Origin: Antedon mediterranea
Taxonomy: Eukaryota; Animalia; Echinodermata
Direction: 5' to 3'
NCBI RefSeq assembly: GCF_964355755.1
Contig: NC_092670.1
Coordinates: 5,570,201-5,634,200, forward strand
Length of the DNA stretch: 64,000 bases
The translations under genes and the position numbers were made by a program. The notes under the pieces were generated by a model. The model had not been told where the DNA came from. It searched no databases and saw nothing but the letters and a program-made list of their open reading frames with translations. Below are positions 22,922 through 36,800 of this stretch, in pieces. Every line of letters begins with the position of its first letter. Within the stretch, counting starts at the first letter, position 1.

Positions 22922-25900
22922 ATGTCTGACTCACAAAAACATCTTTCATCGGGAGGGACAAAACATAGGCCTACAAAAAATGAGCCAAGAGAAAACCAAG
23001 AAAAACAAGAGGACACTAGGAGGAAGGAAAAATGGAAACCACCAGACAAGAAAAGCTATAGACCAAACACAGAAGTTATAGCAGGTAGAAAGTGGACAAG
23101 GAGTAGCAGAATAAGCCAACAGCCTACTGGTGCCGCTAAACAAAAAGTTAAAAAGCCTACAACAGATGAAAGTAAAAAAAGCAAGTTAAGAGAACATTCT
23201 GAGACAAAATGCTGTAGTGATGTTAAAGAAGTCACAAGAAAAGAACATTATAAAAGGGAAGGAGGAAGCAAAACGAGCCAAAACCCCACTAAAGAAAGAA
23301 CAGAAATCAAAGGAAAAGCCACACATAAGGATTCTGATAGCAAAAGAAGTCATACTGAAGGTAAGGATGTCTTAAGCGGTCATGGGAAAAAAGACAAAAT
23401 AAATTCATCCTCATCTATTCAGCCAAAAAGTAACAAGCCTCTTACTTATAGTAGTAACACCAAAAATCAGAAAAAACAATATGATGGTAGTTTATGTTCT
23501 CATGATTCTGGAACTGTAAAAAAGCGAGCAACTGGTAATAGAGTGTTATCTGTCTCTAAACGTCATCCCAAAGACAAGAACATGGTGGAACAGCCAACTA
23601 CGATTTGCTTTACCGGTATTCAAGTATGTAAGTCACCTGATTCTCATGCTCAAATTGTAAAGTTGTTAGATGAAAATGGCATAAACTATTCGTTATTCAG
23701 CCTCTTAAAAAGTAAAACTGCAAAGCAATTTTCAGATATCAATTTGCAAATTAAATTTAGAGAGGAAGCCTATCAGTGCATTCAACTGATGCAAAAGAAT
23801 TTTAAAGTTAATTCAAGTGCTATCATAGGCATAAATGAAGAATTACTAACAAGTAATATCACTACCAAGCATGATATACATGGTCATCCCAAGGAAACAC
23901 CAATGTATTTCGAAAATGCAAAATGTCTTGAAATCGTTAATCTTCCACCAAAAACACAAGCGGCAGATTTAGGTGCATTACTGACAAACCAAGAGATATG
24001 CCAAGAAGAATTACGTAAAATAAAAATAGAAGAGAACAACAGAGCAGTGGTGTTGTACTGGTCTCGTGATTCAGCGATTAATGCTGTAAGAAAGCTTTAT
24101 GGAGTGTGTTACAAGGGTAGAATGTTAGATCTTCGACTATGTGAGGAATCTGCAGAAATTGAAGGTGCAATATTCAAAGACCTAAAACAAACTCTGATGA
24201 AGGAGATTGAAGAAAAAGTAGCTCCCATATTATCCAAGTGGGACGGAGAAATAAATAAACTGGAAAACGAAGTTACTAAAATAAAAAACAGTCGTAAACA
24301 TAATTTCATTCTAATTGACGAAGCCGAAAGAATCGAAGTTGAAAAACAAGGTTTAATGTTCAAACAGAACCAGTTAAAAAGGTTTACAAGTCAGTTGACA
24401 TTTTGTATTGAAAAGTTGAAACATAAAACTGAACAAGCAATCAACATAGAGACTGTTGGTATGATAAAAAATGAGTTATGTCGTGAAATCCGGAAAGCAA
24501 GCAACCCATTGCCTATATATGCATTCCGAAGTGATATTATAAACACAGTGTTTAGTGACAAAAACAATGCATGTGTTATTTTAGGAGAAACTGGGTCTGG
24601 AAAGAGTACACAAATTGCACAATACTTAGTTGATGCAGATTTCCTAATTCCTAGTGACGTCAAGATTAAGATCGCTTGTACACAACCTCGAAAAGTAGCT
24701 GCTATTTCTCTTGCAAAAAGAGTTGCTGAGGAATATGGTTGTGAGGTAGGAGAGCAAATTGGCTATAAGGTTGGCTCGTCCCAAAAGACCAGTTTAAACA
24801 CAGTTGTAACGTTCATGACCGATAGAGTTCTTCTTAATAGTCTTTTACAAGATCCAAAGCTTAAAGGCTATTCCTGCATTGTCATAGATGAAGCACATGA
24901 ACGTTCTATTGACACAGATATTTTAATCACTCTTCTCAAGAAAGTTTCTGCTCAAAGACCAGAGTTGAAAATTGTCATAACATCAGCAACAATTGATGAA
25001 AAGGTTTTTTGTAGCTATTTCAACTGTCCATACATGAAGATCCCTGGCAGAATTTTCCCTGTAGAAACAAAATTCATCAGTAGTACTGGCTTTAATATTA
25101 AAACAAACTATGTAAAAGAGGCCGTGGATATAGCTGAAATGATACATACAACAAAAAAGCAAGGTGACATCTTGGTATTTTTGACATCTGCAAATGAAAT
25201 AGAACGAGCTTGTGGAGATCTTGCTAAACGGCTTGGAATCATAGGTGATAATGGAAATGCTCAAATACTTCCTCTCCATGGTAAACTACAACCACAAGAT
25301 CAGTTGGCAATATTTAATGCACCTCCTCCTGGTAAAAGAAAAATAGTCTTTGCTACCAACATAGCAGAGACTTCAGTCACTATAGATGGTGTAAGGTATG
25401 TCATTGATACAGGAATGGTCAAAGAGCTTAAATTTGATGCAAAAAAGATTATGAGTTTGTTGGAAGTTACAACTATTAGCCAATCATCTGCTGAGCAAAG
25501 AAAAGGACGAGCAGGTAGGACATCCACCGGTGAATGCTTCAGACTATATTCAGAAAAGGATTATGATGAAATGGAAGCAAACAACAAACCAGAAATTTTA
25601 AGAGTGCACCTTGGAATGGCTGTTTTACAACTTCTTCAGCTTGGTATTCAAGATGTTAAACATTTTGAATTTGTTCAACCTCCTCAAGATGGTGCTTTGA
25701 AAGAAGCTTTGAAAATGTTAGTGTTTCTTGGAGCAGTTAGTGATCATTCTCATAAACTAACTGATCTTGGAAAGAAAGTAGCATTACTTAATTTAGAACC
25801 ACGTTTAGCCAAATTGGTACTGACGTCAATTGAGAATGACATAGCAGAAGAGGGTATAATTGTAGCTGGTCTTCTTGCTGCTGGTGGAAATGTCTTTTAC

Positions 25901-28900
25901 AGATCTGGATCAGATGTGGATAAACGCAAATCTGATGAATCAAAACTAGATTTCAGCAATGTACATGGTGATGTTTTTACAATGCTAGATGTCTATGATG
26001 AATGGAAACGACAGCCAGAGAAGAACGGATCAAAATGGTGTTTCAAAAAGAGCGTTAATGGAAAAACTATGAAAGTTGTGGCTAATATCATCAAAGACAT
26101 CAAATGTTCTCTGAAGACAAATAAACTGTTTGTAAGCAAAGATAAGATTGCTGCCGGGTGGAAGAATGAAATTGGAAGTCTGTGTTTGCGGAAGTTAATT
26201 TTTTCAGTTTATGCTCAAAATCTGTGTATCTACAATGGACATCCAAAAGCGGGCTATACAAACGTTTTTCAAATGAAGACCGGCATTCTACATCCATCCT
26301 CATCATTGAAATCATTAGATGTTTTTCCTGAGTGGATAGTGTACACTGAATTCAATAGAACAACTCAGGATTTTTTTCAGCATCTAACACCTGTTGAAAG
26401 TGACTGGATTTTTGAATATCATCCACAATTAGCAAACTCTATTGATATTACATCATTAAAGGATAATCAAGTGCATGAACTGAGGGTTGCTAGAGTTGGG
26501 CCAACACTTATGGGACGTATTATACAAAAAGGTGGACAGGGATTGAGAGACATTGAAGAAAATGTGCGTTCAATTAAAAAAGATGGTGCCTTTACAATGT
26601 TTTGTGCAATTGAATGTTGCAATAAAACTGGCACTATAGGGTTATTTGTTTCAAGAAGTGTAGCAGTTGAGGCAGAGGCAATAGTTCAACAAATTGTTGA
26701 TAGAGAACGTGATTCTTTGGAGAAGCAACAGCTTGAGGTAGCTATTGGTCACTCATCATCTGGTGTTCGTCAAGTTATTGGAAAAGGGGCTGAACCAAAA
26801 TTTATCTTGATGCCAGAAGATTTTCGAACACTAGAAATAAGTGGCATCCATGGAAATACCTTTGCAATTTTTGAAAACTGGCTAGAAAAAAACCATCTAG
26901 AAGAATACATACATGACAAATTGAAATTTTCTTCCCATAGCAAACAAGCCAGTCGGGGAATCTGGGGTAAGATTACATTTATTTCCCCAAAAATTGCAAA
27001 ATCAATACATCAGTGCTTTCCAGAGAATGACACTTTGAAATGTAAACCTGCTTGTCAAGGTATGAAAGAGCAAAATGGATTGGGACAGGAACTTGTTGCT
27101 ACTTGGAAAACTGGTGCATCAAAACAAATTGCATTTGTGAATTGTCAAGACACTGATGATGCAAATCGAATTAGGCGTGCACTAAATAGAACGATTATTA
27201 AAGGTTCAGCAATTACTTGCGATTTTAAAAGGAATGATGGAACATCTTTGTTTATATCAAGATTGAATGAAAGAGTATCTGAAGATGATATAAACAATGC
27301 ATTAACTGATTTGAATTTAGGAGCTACATGCAAAAGAGTTTCAATTCCACGGCATCCTCCAGTTAGTGAAAAAACAGATGTCCAATTTCGTGAAAATTTA
27401 AAAGATTTGCTGGTTGAATTTACTCATAGAGCAAAAATTGATGTGAGGTTTCCCCAGAGAAGGACTCAAAGATCTGAAGATGGTATTCCAAGAAGTAGGC
27501 ATGTAACAGCCTTTATAACATTGAATGGCGTACCAACTGAAACAATCAATGCAATTGTGGCTAGAGCTCTATTGTTACAAAGTAACGGTATGCATCAGTT
27601 GGCAATAAAACGATTAGTGAAATGTAGATTATTTTGTCCAGGATATGTATATCAAGTTATCGAAGATGATCTGATGTCCCTGAAGCACACAGCAGAGACA
27701 ACTTTAAAAAATGCACGTATTTGGATTAATGATAATAAAAGAGACAAGTCTAATAGAAGAGACAAGTCTAATGATATTTTGATCAATTTAGAATTCAAAA
27801 ATCCAGAAAATATGATAAAATTGCAAACGCAGTTTGTAAACCTGATTGATGGGAATAAGGTGCCCATTACCGGTAGTCGAAATGTTATCAAAGAAATTAG
27901 TGGTAACTATTTGCGCCAGTTTTTGAATAAGTGTGAGAAGAGTACAGGCTCACATGCATTTTATGATAGAAGAGAAAATCTTGTTAGAGTATATGGGACA
28001 GAACGTGCGGTACAAAATATGGTCGAAAGAATAAGTAGATTCATTTCAGAAGCAGAAAACAGCCATTTTGAAATTAGCCTTGGGGACTTTACCAAGGCTA
28101 AAGGCAGAGCTCTTCAGAAGTTACGCAAATGCTTTGGTCCTGATTTGAATGAATTAAAAAGAATGTGTAGTGCTGATTCTATTTCATACATATTAAAGTC
28201 TAGAATTATTGTAGTTCGTGGTAAAGATACTGCACATAAAAAAAGCCGCAATTTAATCAAAGACTGTCTTCGGCAAGCAGGAATAGAGTTTGATCATGAA
28301 GATGCTATACAAGAGGATGAATGTGGAGTGTGTTTGTCAGAGGTTGAGAAAGACTCCCATCGGTTGGAAGGGTGTGGTCATAATTACTGTAGAGAATGCT
28401 TGGTGAATTTGATGAACCATAGTATAGAGTCAAACGACTTCCCTGTTGTTTGTCAACGTGAGGATTGCAACCAGTCACTGTTTATGTGTGATATCAATTT
28501 ACTAACCAGGGATAAGGAAACCAAAGAGAAGCTTTATTCTGCCACCCTGGACACTTTCATTGCACAAAAGAGCAAAAATAGATACAAGTACTGTGTTACA
28601 CCGAATTGTACAATGGTTTATCATTTGCGAGGTGTGAAAGGCAAGTTGTTTGTCTGCCCTCTATGTAATCACCAGTTTTGTACATTGTGCAGAGTTGATC
28701 ATTCAGGAATGTCTTGTGGAGAGTACAATGCAAATAAGGAAACATGTGGAGTGATGGTTTGGGCCAAAAAAAATGAAAAAGATGTTAAAATTTGTGTAAG
28801 TTTACACATTTTATTTAGTATCATTGCATTTTAATGTACTTCATAGACCTGTAACAATATTATTTTTTTTAATGCCAACTCAGCCATCTTTTTCTAGAAA

Positions 28901-29398
28901 CTGATTTTATCACAGAAAAGGTACAATTTTAGAAAACTTGTTAAAGTGATCTGATATTTAGCCTATACTCTAAAAAACTTTTTTAATTTGTAATAGGGTG
29001 TTGTTGTAGAAACATTTAAAAGTTCAAACCTGATTTATCATCATTCAAAGTCAACCAAGATTATAAATACATTATTAGTACATAGAAATGAGTAACATGT
29101 GACATGAATCAGCAACAATAGGCCTCAACGTAAATTTTAAACTATTTTAACTATATAAATAAATACTTTATTAGCTTTTAGAAAAAGCTAAAACTATTTA
29201 GTTGCACTTCATATTTATCCTGTTTTATTTATTATTTTATAGAAATGTGGTGCTGTAATCGAGAAGACGGGTGGATGCAGGACCATGTGTTGTACCAGAT
29301 GTCGTATGTTTATGTGCTGGATTTGCTCTAAGGTGTTCCATGAAGTACAAGACTGTTACGACCATCTTGCTCAGGTTCATGGTGGCATTTTTGATTAG
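22922..29398 (+). CDS. DEAH-box RNA helicase fused to RRMs and a C-terminal RBR (RING1-IBR-RING2) E3 ligase, DEAH11/12-like architecture, ~2009 aa
   Basis: Exons 22922-28795 (TGT|GTAAGT) and 29243-29398 (TTTTATAG|AAA). Motifs GETGSGKST, CTQPRKVAA, DEAH, SAT, ATNIAETSVTI, QRKGRAGRT. RRM-like LEIVNLPP and LFISRLNE. RING1 CGVC..CGHNYCRECL, IBR CVTPNC..CPLCNHQFCTLC, RING2 KCGAVIEKTGGCRTMCCTRC..CWIC. Confidence 0.93.
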
Positions 29399-30884
29399 TC
29401 ATAAAATGTACTGTACAGCCTAAAATGTCCATAACTATAATGCCTGCACATTCCCCCTCCTGTGGGGCCACAAGATTTATTCCTCTCGCAAGCCAATATA
29501 TTATATCCATTTTTCCGGGAGCACAATATCTAGACTACTTCTAGAGTATAAAGAAATATCCCATCACTAGTTTTTAATCTTGATTTCTTTGCCTAAACTA
29601 GTAAAATTCGGTAAAACTGAACTGTAGAACTGTATTTTATGTGATTTTAAATTACTATTATTTACTACAGTACTAATAATACAAATAATATAATGTTATT
29701 ACTGTATTATCTATAATCACAACAATGCACAATTAATACTTTTAATATTAGAGAAAGTTGAATCTACAGTACTGTATTTCCAAGATTGTCAGTATGTCGA
29801 AAGAGAGGGCTCACTACTTGATATTTCGATTTTTATTTTTTTATTTGCGTTATCAATAAACTAATTTTTTTTTTAAATCAATAGGCATGTTCTGTAAGTA
29901 TATACATAATATGTTAATATAATATATACATATTGTGTGGACACTCGCGCGAACAAACAAACAAACAAAGCAAATACTATTATTGATCAAAATTCTATTT
30001 TGCAAAGTAATAAATAAATACCAAAAATTAATATTATTATACTGACCTCTCTGATACTTTCTAATATAACTGTATGGCTAATTATGCACATCTTATCAAA
30101 TCAATGCAACCTGCACTAGGGCTTCCGATGAAATTTATCAAATCAAGAATTCTTGTCTAATAAAAAATATTTTTTCATTACAAGGTACTTTACTTGTATT
30201 TATTATTACTATTATTGATAGTTTATTAGACCACTACCAAATTATATTGTAAACTATAAAGTATATTCTAGAAATATTTTACAAATAAAGAGTGTATATT
30301 AGTGCAAAATGGTACAAATAGTTTTTCTTTCACCAAACATTGGATTGTTGTCTCAGCTTTCACTGAATTATTAGATTTCACATAGTTGGATAAACGTTTA
30401 ATCAAATGGTATTGTGATACTTTTGTCTGTTTTTTGTGTATTTTTTAATGCAGCATCTCAAGTTATTTCCCAAAATATGAGGATAAGAATCGGCACATCA
30501 TGCATTTAATTATATCTAAGTTTTAAATACACTAATGCAATTCCAATTATACCATAATGCAACCTGTTTTAAAAAAACTGTCTTAAATGACTTTTAAATC
30601 ACAAAATTACAGTTTACATAACTTTAACTAAAACTGTACACTCGCTGTAATACTTTTTAAAACTATTTTTTCTAATATAAATGTGTGTCTTAAATGACTT
30701 TTAAATCACAAAATTACAGTTTACATAACCACTAATTCATTAATTTTAACTTTTGTACACTACTGTAATAGGCCTACTGTTCTTATAACTATTTATTTAT
30801 AATATCAATTTGTGGAGTTATTTATAACAACTATGCATTTATTTTCATAACAGCCAGTTATCTTAGTTACGTAACTCTGCACAT

Positions 30885-33800
30885 TCAATTGAGGGGGCTT
30901 CTTTGAAAGTATTCCATATCTGTTGCGGAATATTTTCCTTCTGCTTCGTGGTGGTGTGAGAAGAGAATGCACAATTTGTCATGCTTTCGAAATCCAAATA
31001 CATTGCAGAAAATATTCATATGACACATATTGGCACAATGGATGTAGGATAGAGCAGCTCCACTTCGAAAAACTTTTCCACCGATGTCGTTCGTAACTGA
31101 TGACCCAATTCTTTCAAATCGATTACCTAAAGATTAATAATGCAAAATCAACTTTAATTTATAATTTGAAAATACTATATATTTTAAAACTTAAAATTAA
31201 TTCACGTTTGCTTTTAGGATAGGCTCTATTAGTACAAAATACTAGTATTTAATAGTCCAGTGTAATTGATCAGTTCTTCTAAAACAGTGGACCTAATTTG
31301 AGCAAACTGTGTGAAGGAAAGTTTGTACTTAAAGTATTAAGTTAAAGGATACTTTGTCTTTGTATGTAAATTTAGGAGAAATTATGTGTTTTTGATTGAA
31401 GATTGGTCGATTCACAAAAACTAATTAGGATTCAGATTTAGTCGGTATACATAATTATTGAAGAAACAAGTTATAGGTCTTATACGTGTTCTATACGTGC
31501 ATACAGAAAACTGCTGTTTGTATTACCATATGGCCGGTCTCTTGCGGCCTTTATTTCCGATTCATCCAGAACTCGATCATAAACCTGGAGAGCAGCTACT
31601 CTTGCCTTAACGCCCTCACCACCGATCTTTATATTCGTTTCGTCAGAGGCCAGCTGCATTTGTGTGAACTCTATATAACCGATACTTGCAATCTCTCCAT
31701 TCCTCCAAAGTTTGACATTCTTGTGAACTCCATCAAATGTAAAAGCAAGAAATGTCCAGACTTCAGGCTGAAGGACATGAGCTCTTGTCAACTGTTGATC
31801 ATTGAAGAATACGGTTACTTCTGATTGATAAAGAAAACCATTTGTGTATGTTTGTTCCATTCGTAGTAGGACCTCATCGTTTCCAATTTCCACTATATCC
31901 CCCATTGAATTCAGGTAAGGGTAGATATAGAAAGCGACTGTCAGAGCATTTGTGCTAAGAACGGACACTGACAGTTCTAGTTTGGTGTCATGCTTCAACA
32001 ACAAACATTCGAACGTCCATGCGTCAACTGGATTTAGATTTTTTCGGAATTCTTCTGTGTGGAAGTATAAGATAAATAGAAAGTGTTGAGTCTCCGCTAT
32101 ATTTTTAATAAATATTAATCAACATTATATGAGAATTGTTTACCTATTCTAGATCCGGGGTATGCCAAACACTTAAATACAAAGTTCCGTTAAGCATGGA
32201 ACGTCATACAAAATGATAAGCCACACATCATCTGTATGATGTTCAGTAACCAGTGTTTTCAATTAGTAGCCGATGAACACAAATACGTTACGTCATGAGA
32301 TTTTACCGCTTAAAAATGCTAATTTTTTTAAGTAATATTTTTTTCCTACTGGGAGCTCAATAAAAATGCAGTTAATACTGTGCCTATTTTGGTTGCTTGA
32401 CAACGAGCATAGCGTAGATTTAGTAGGAACTATATCGATAATATCTCTTGTGAATTGAACTTGACGAGGATCTGGACATGATTACTGTAAAGCTATACTA
32501 ACGATATAACGAATCTGAATAGTGTACCTTTAGCCAATACAGATCTGTGTCAGCCTACTTACCCAGTGGACACGATGAATTCGTCACGGGTGTATCACAT
32601 TCTTCCCATCGTACTCCTGGATCTAAGGTGTAACACCATGGCCCATTCTCACCATCTGGATTTCTACAAAGGTTATGAAGGCCTAGGCCTTTTTCAGTTT
32701 CTGCACTAGTACATGTTTCTCTCGGAATGTGTGGAAATGTTGCTGACCAATTCTGACAAACTATACCGCTTCTTGTGATGGCTACCAAACCGCGGTAATC
32801 TTCTTTATTATCGGTGTGACTACACTCACCTTTATAAGATAAAAAAGAACCCAACACATGTTTGAATAATTTTGTAATATCGTCGACAAAAAGACAGGAC
32901 GCTAATTATTTTCAGTACCTCAACAACATCAATAACATCTGTACCCCTTTCACACAAAACTCTTCGGAGTTTTGCTTTTGGTGTGAAAGGGTATGAGTTC
33001 ATATACTGTATCTGCTACTAGCGTTACTTATTATATTATTTATATATATTTAATATAATGAGATAAAGTAATTCATAGTTAATATTAAATCTGAACATTA
33101 CAAAATGTTTTATTTAATTTATGGTCAATTAGGCAGTCAATTGGTTAAATTGACTACTGTTGATATTCGTAAAGTAATGATACATTCTATCGTAAATATT
33201 CTAGTGTAAGAGTAATTTATAGAAATCAACCGCGTTACTCATCAGGGTGGTTCTTGTATTTTTCACTGTATTTATGCCTACAATGGGTAAAATTATGGCT
33301 GCAGGAAGGGATGTAGGAAGATGGATGCCAAGAAGTTGTCGATTAATGTGTTTCTGAATGTACAAAGTTCAGAGATGTAATTTTTGCTTAAGAACATGTA
33401 TATTAACTTACTTATTTCAGAAACAAAATCAGGAATCAAAAATAATTTGGAGATTATTTTACTATGAATTAAAGCATTTATTAACAAATGAATTTATGCA
33501 TAATTTGTTGTTTGTTGCTAACGTTTTCCGTCTTCCGACATTACGCTTTCCACAATTTGTTTCCATTTTTCCTGTTTATGGCAGGATGGTTTGTTATTGT
33601 GTTAGTGTCTACTAGTCCTTGTAAGTCTTTCTTTATTTGATTCATCCAGTTATTTCTTGGTCTTTCTACGGGTCGTTTTACTTTCCTGTTAGTTTCCTTC
33701 ATTGTTTGTTTGATTTACATAAGGCTCAGAAGAAATGGACGAATAACTTAAAAGATAAACTATTAAAACTATCAAAAGACTTGATGTTAATAATTAATTA

Positions 33801-36800
33801 ATTATTTTATTGATTCCTTTTTCTTTCTTACCTTATCATAATGGACACAAATCCTGTATATCAACGTAAAATCTGTTTATAGGCATCATATATACCCTTT
33901 TAAAATGACAATAGTTCAAATACATGTAGCATGTCAATATAATCTGTATATATTGGTATTTGTTTAACATATATATTTTTCTATATTTGCAATATTTTAT
34001 ATCGTATACATGTCAATTTAATCTATAGGTATGTGTACTTGTTCAATATATATACTTCTATATATTTTTATATATTTGCAATATGTTATACCGTAAATAC
34101 AAATTGTAAGTAGTAGTTGTACTAAGATGACATCGGGTATGAAGCGTCTCACATACACACAGAGCCAAAATCGCATATTGGACTTGCACAGTGTATGGAC
34201 TCTAACCTTACGGTTTTCATTAAATATACCATTTCATGCTATCATTCTAAATAAACTTTCAACCTATTGCATTCCTCTTTTTTTCATTCCATCCATCTTA
34301 TCTTGGTGAAAAGGGAGGATACTACATTTTCCTCCCCTGAGTTTATAGCCTCTCTACTCGAACACAAATAAGAACACAAATAAGATAGTTTAACAAGAAA
34401 ATTTTAATCATGTATTTTACCGCCATTTTTCATTTCTACATTTTAATTAACATCGTATCTAAAATTTTTAATGAGAAAATATATGGTTAATACTGAATTC
34501 TGGCATCTTATTATGTAAATATACCAGTATTTTAACTACTCTAAACAAAATTACTTTTAATTGTCACAAATGTACTTATATATATTTAGTATATTCATCA
34601 ATGAGAATTTAAATAAACGTGAGAAGAACTCACACAAGACAAAATAAAACTTACTTATTTCATGGTCATATTCAGCGTACACTTTTATTTCACAAATGTT
34701 TATGTATTCTGCTTTTGAAGGTGGTAACCATAACATAACATAGCGTCCTATGATTGGCTGTTCGCAGACAACATCAATAATAGGACTCGTCACAACCTGG
34801 ATGTTAGTAACAGACATCCCGCACTTTTTCTCTTCTCTAACTTTATCACGGTGTTCACCAATTCTAACTTCTGCATCTTCCAATCGAAGATTAGAATCTG
34901 AAACTACATAAATCATAATAAAGTTGTTTGAACTTTGTCGGTTATTTTTTTCAACCAACGACCAATGCCTTCAACTATAACCCAATTGAATTGTAGGCCT
35001 AATTGACTTAATTGTGATTTGATGCATAGGTTCAAACGCTTTTATAGACAGGTGAAAGGTCGCTGTAAATTCCCACATGTGGCATAAAAGTATATGTATA
35101 CAAAACTGTTGAAACTCACTAGATTGAACACGGTTAATGATGGTTACGCTTGTAACGTTGTAGTTCTTTTGTAGGTCAATTTTGATCCATTCAGACTCTT
35201 GGTTTTCTGTTAAAAAATAAATTAATTAATATTTAAATTATTGCAATTGTCCTGAGATTTGTAATGAACAGAGTTACTGAAGCACTGTAAGTATTGGCCA
35301 ATACAGCAAAATTCTATTTCAAAGGCGCACATTGCGTGCAATAGTACGCACTATTAAACGATCGTTTAATAGCACTTTTTTTCCGTGTACGAAAAACAGA
35401 ATCTATTTTTCTATTCTATTGCTTTTGAAATACAACAGCGCCACCTATTTTGTACTTTCGTCGCCAATGTTACTGGTTTAGCGATGGAGTACATTTTTGG
35501 AGAGATATTATGTACTAATTTAGATCAAAAAGGCATTTAAATTAACTTTAGATCGTTTTTAGGATTTTGATTTATTAATAGGAACATCTCTACAAGACAA
35601 GGAGTCGTTGGAAAAAAACATAACTAGCCTAGATGGGTTCCAGTTGCCTGTCGAAGTTTCATATTGCTGTCTTTCAGCCTAGGCCCAGTAGGCTTGTTAG
35701 TATTAGGCTAGGCCTACGTTGTTTGGTCGTTTGCCATTAATTGTACCATTTCACTCATAAACATTCATTATTTGTATATTATTATACAATGCGGGTTTAT
35801 GATTTGAATGAGAATATGATTGCTATTCATTTATCGAGGAGGTTCCACCGATCTTGACATTTTGGGCTCGAAGTTTAACAACACACACTATCAGTTTTCA
35901 ATGGCGCAACAGTCACTGCTTCGCGTTGAACATCAGTTTTCTTTTACAGTAACGGTACAGTTAAATTGAACTGATAAATACGGCATTGACATAATTAAAT
36001 GGAAAATTCTTAGGCACAATGTGTTGTATAAATGAATAATACAATAAGTAAAATCTTCATTCTTATCGTGTGCCGTTTCTCAATCTCAATACACCGAGTA
36101 CAAAACAACGACAGCAAGTTAATTCACGTGTTCAGGGTGAACACTTGAAACATATTTATAACCGGTATGTAGGCCTATTTACGTAAATATCAAAAGTAAA
36201 GTTATTTAAACATAACGAAGAGTAATGATCTAGCGCCATCACAATAAAATGAACGGCATCCGAAAGGAACCGATGGAAGAACTCACGTACGGAAAAACAA
36301 TCTCGAACCACATGAGTGATATGGAATGCGCAAACTCGAACAAAACGTGAATAGAAACAATCTCGAACCACGTGAGTGATATATGGAATGCGCAAACTTG
36401 AACAAAACGGGAATAGAAACAATCTCGAACCACATGAGTGATATATGGAATGCGAAAACTCGAACAAAACGTGAATAGAAACTATGGTATTGTATTGGAA
36501 ATCAATAATAATGTTTGAATGTACAACAACATAGTAATCCTCGGGCCTATAATATGTTTTATAGTCCAAAATAAGGAAGTCTAGTTCCGACCTGGTAACA
36601 TAGGCCTGTTCAGATCTACAAGATCTGTTTAAATGGTGATTTCTCCAAATGAAATGCCAATGGTACTTTACCGTATATTAATTATCACAATTTCCAATAA
36701 AATATTTTATAATATAAATTGTTCAATAATACTGTAACCTCCAAACTGATATTGAATAAATGTGTCAACTTACTTTGTTGACCGAGCATGATGTATATCC

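Noticed and set aside
28796-28834. ORF-track C-terminus VSLHILFSIIAF of the helicase as a membrane anchor
   Set aside because: It is intron read-through past a GTAAGT donor; the real end is the RING2 exon at 29243-29398.
35327-36022. Transib-like CAC..GTG element related to ~50118-50280
   Set aside because: Shared repeat sequence is visible but there is no matching TSD, so boundaries and class are unsupported.
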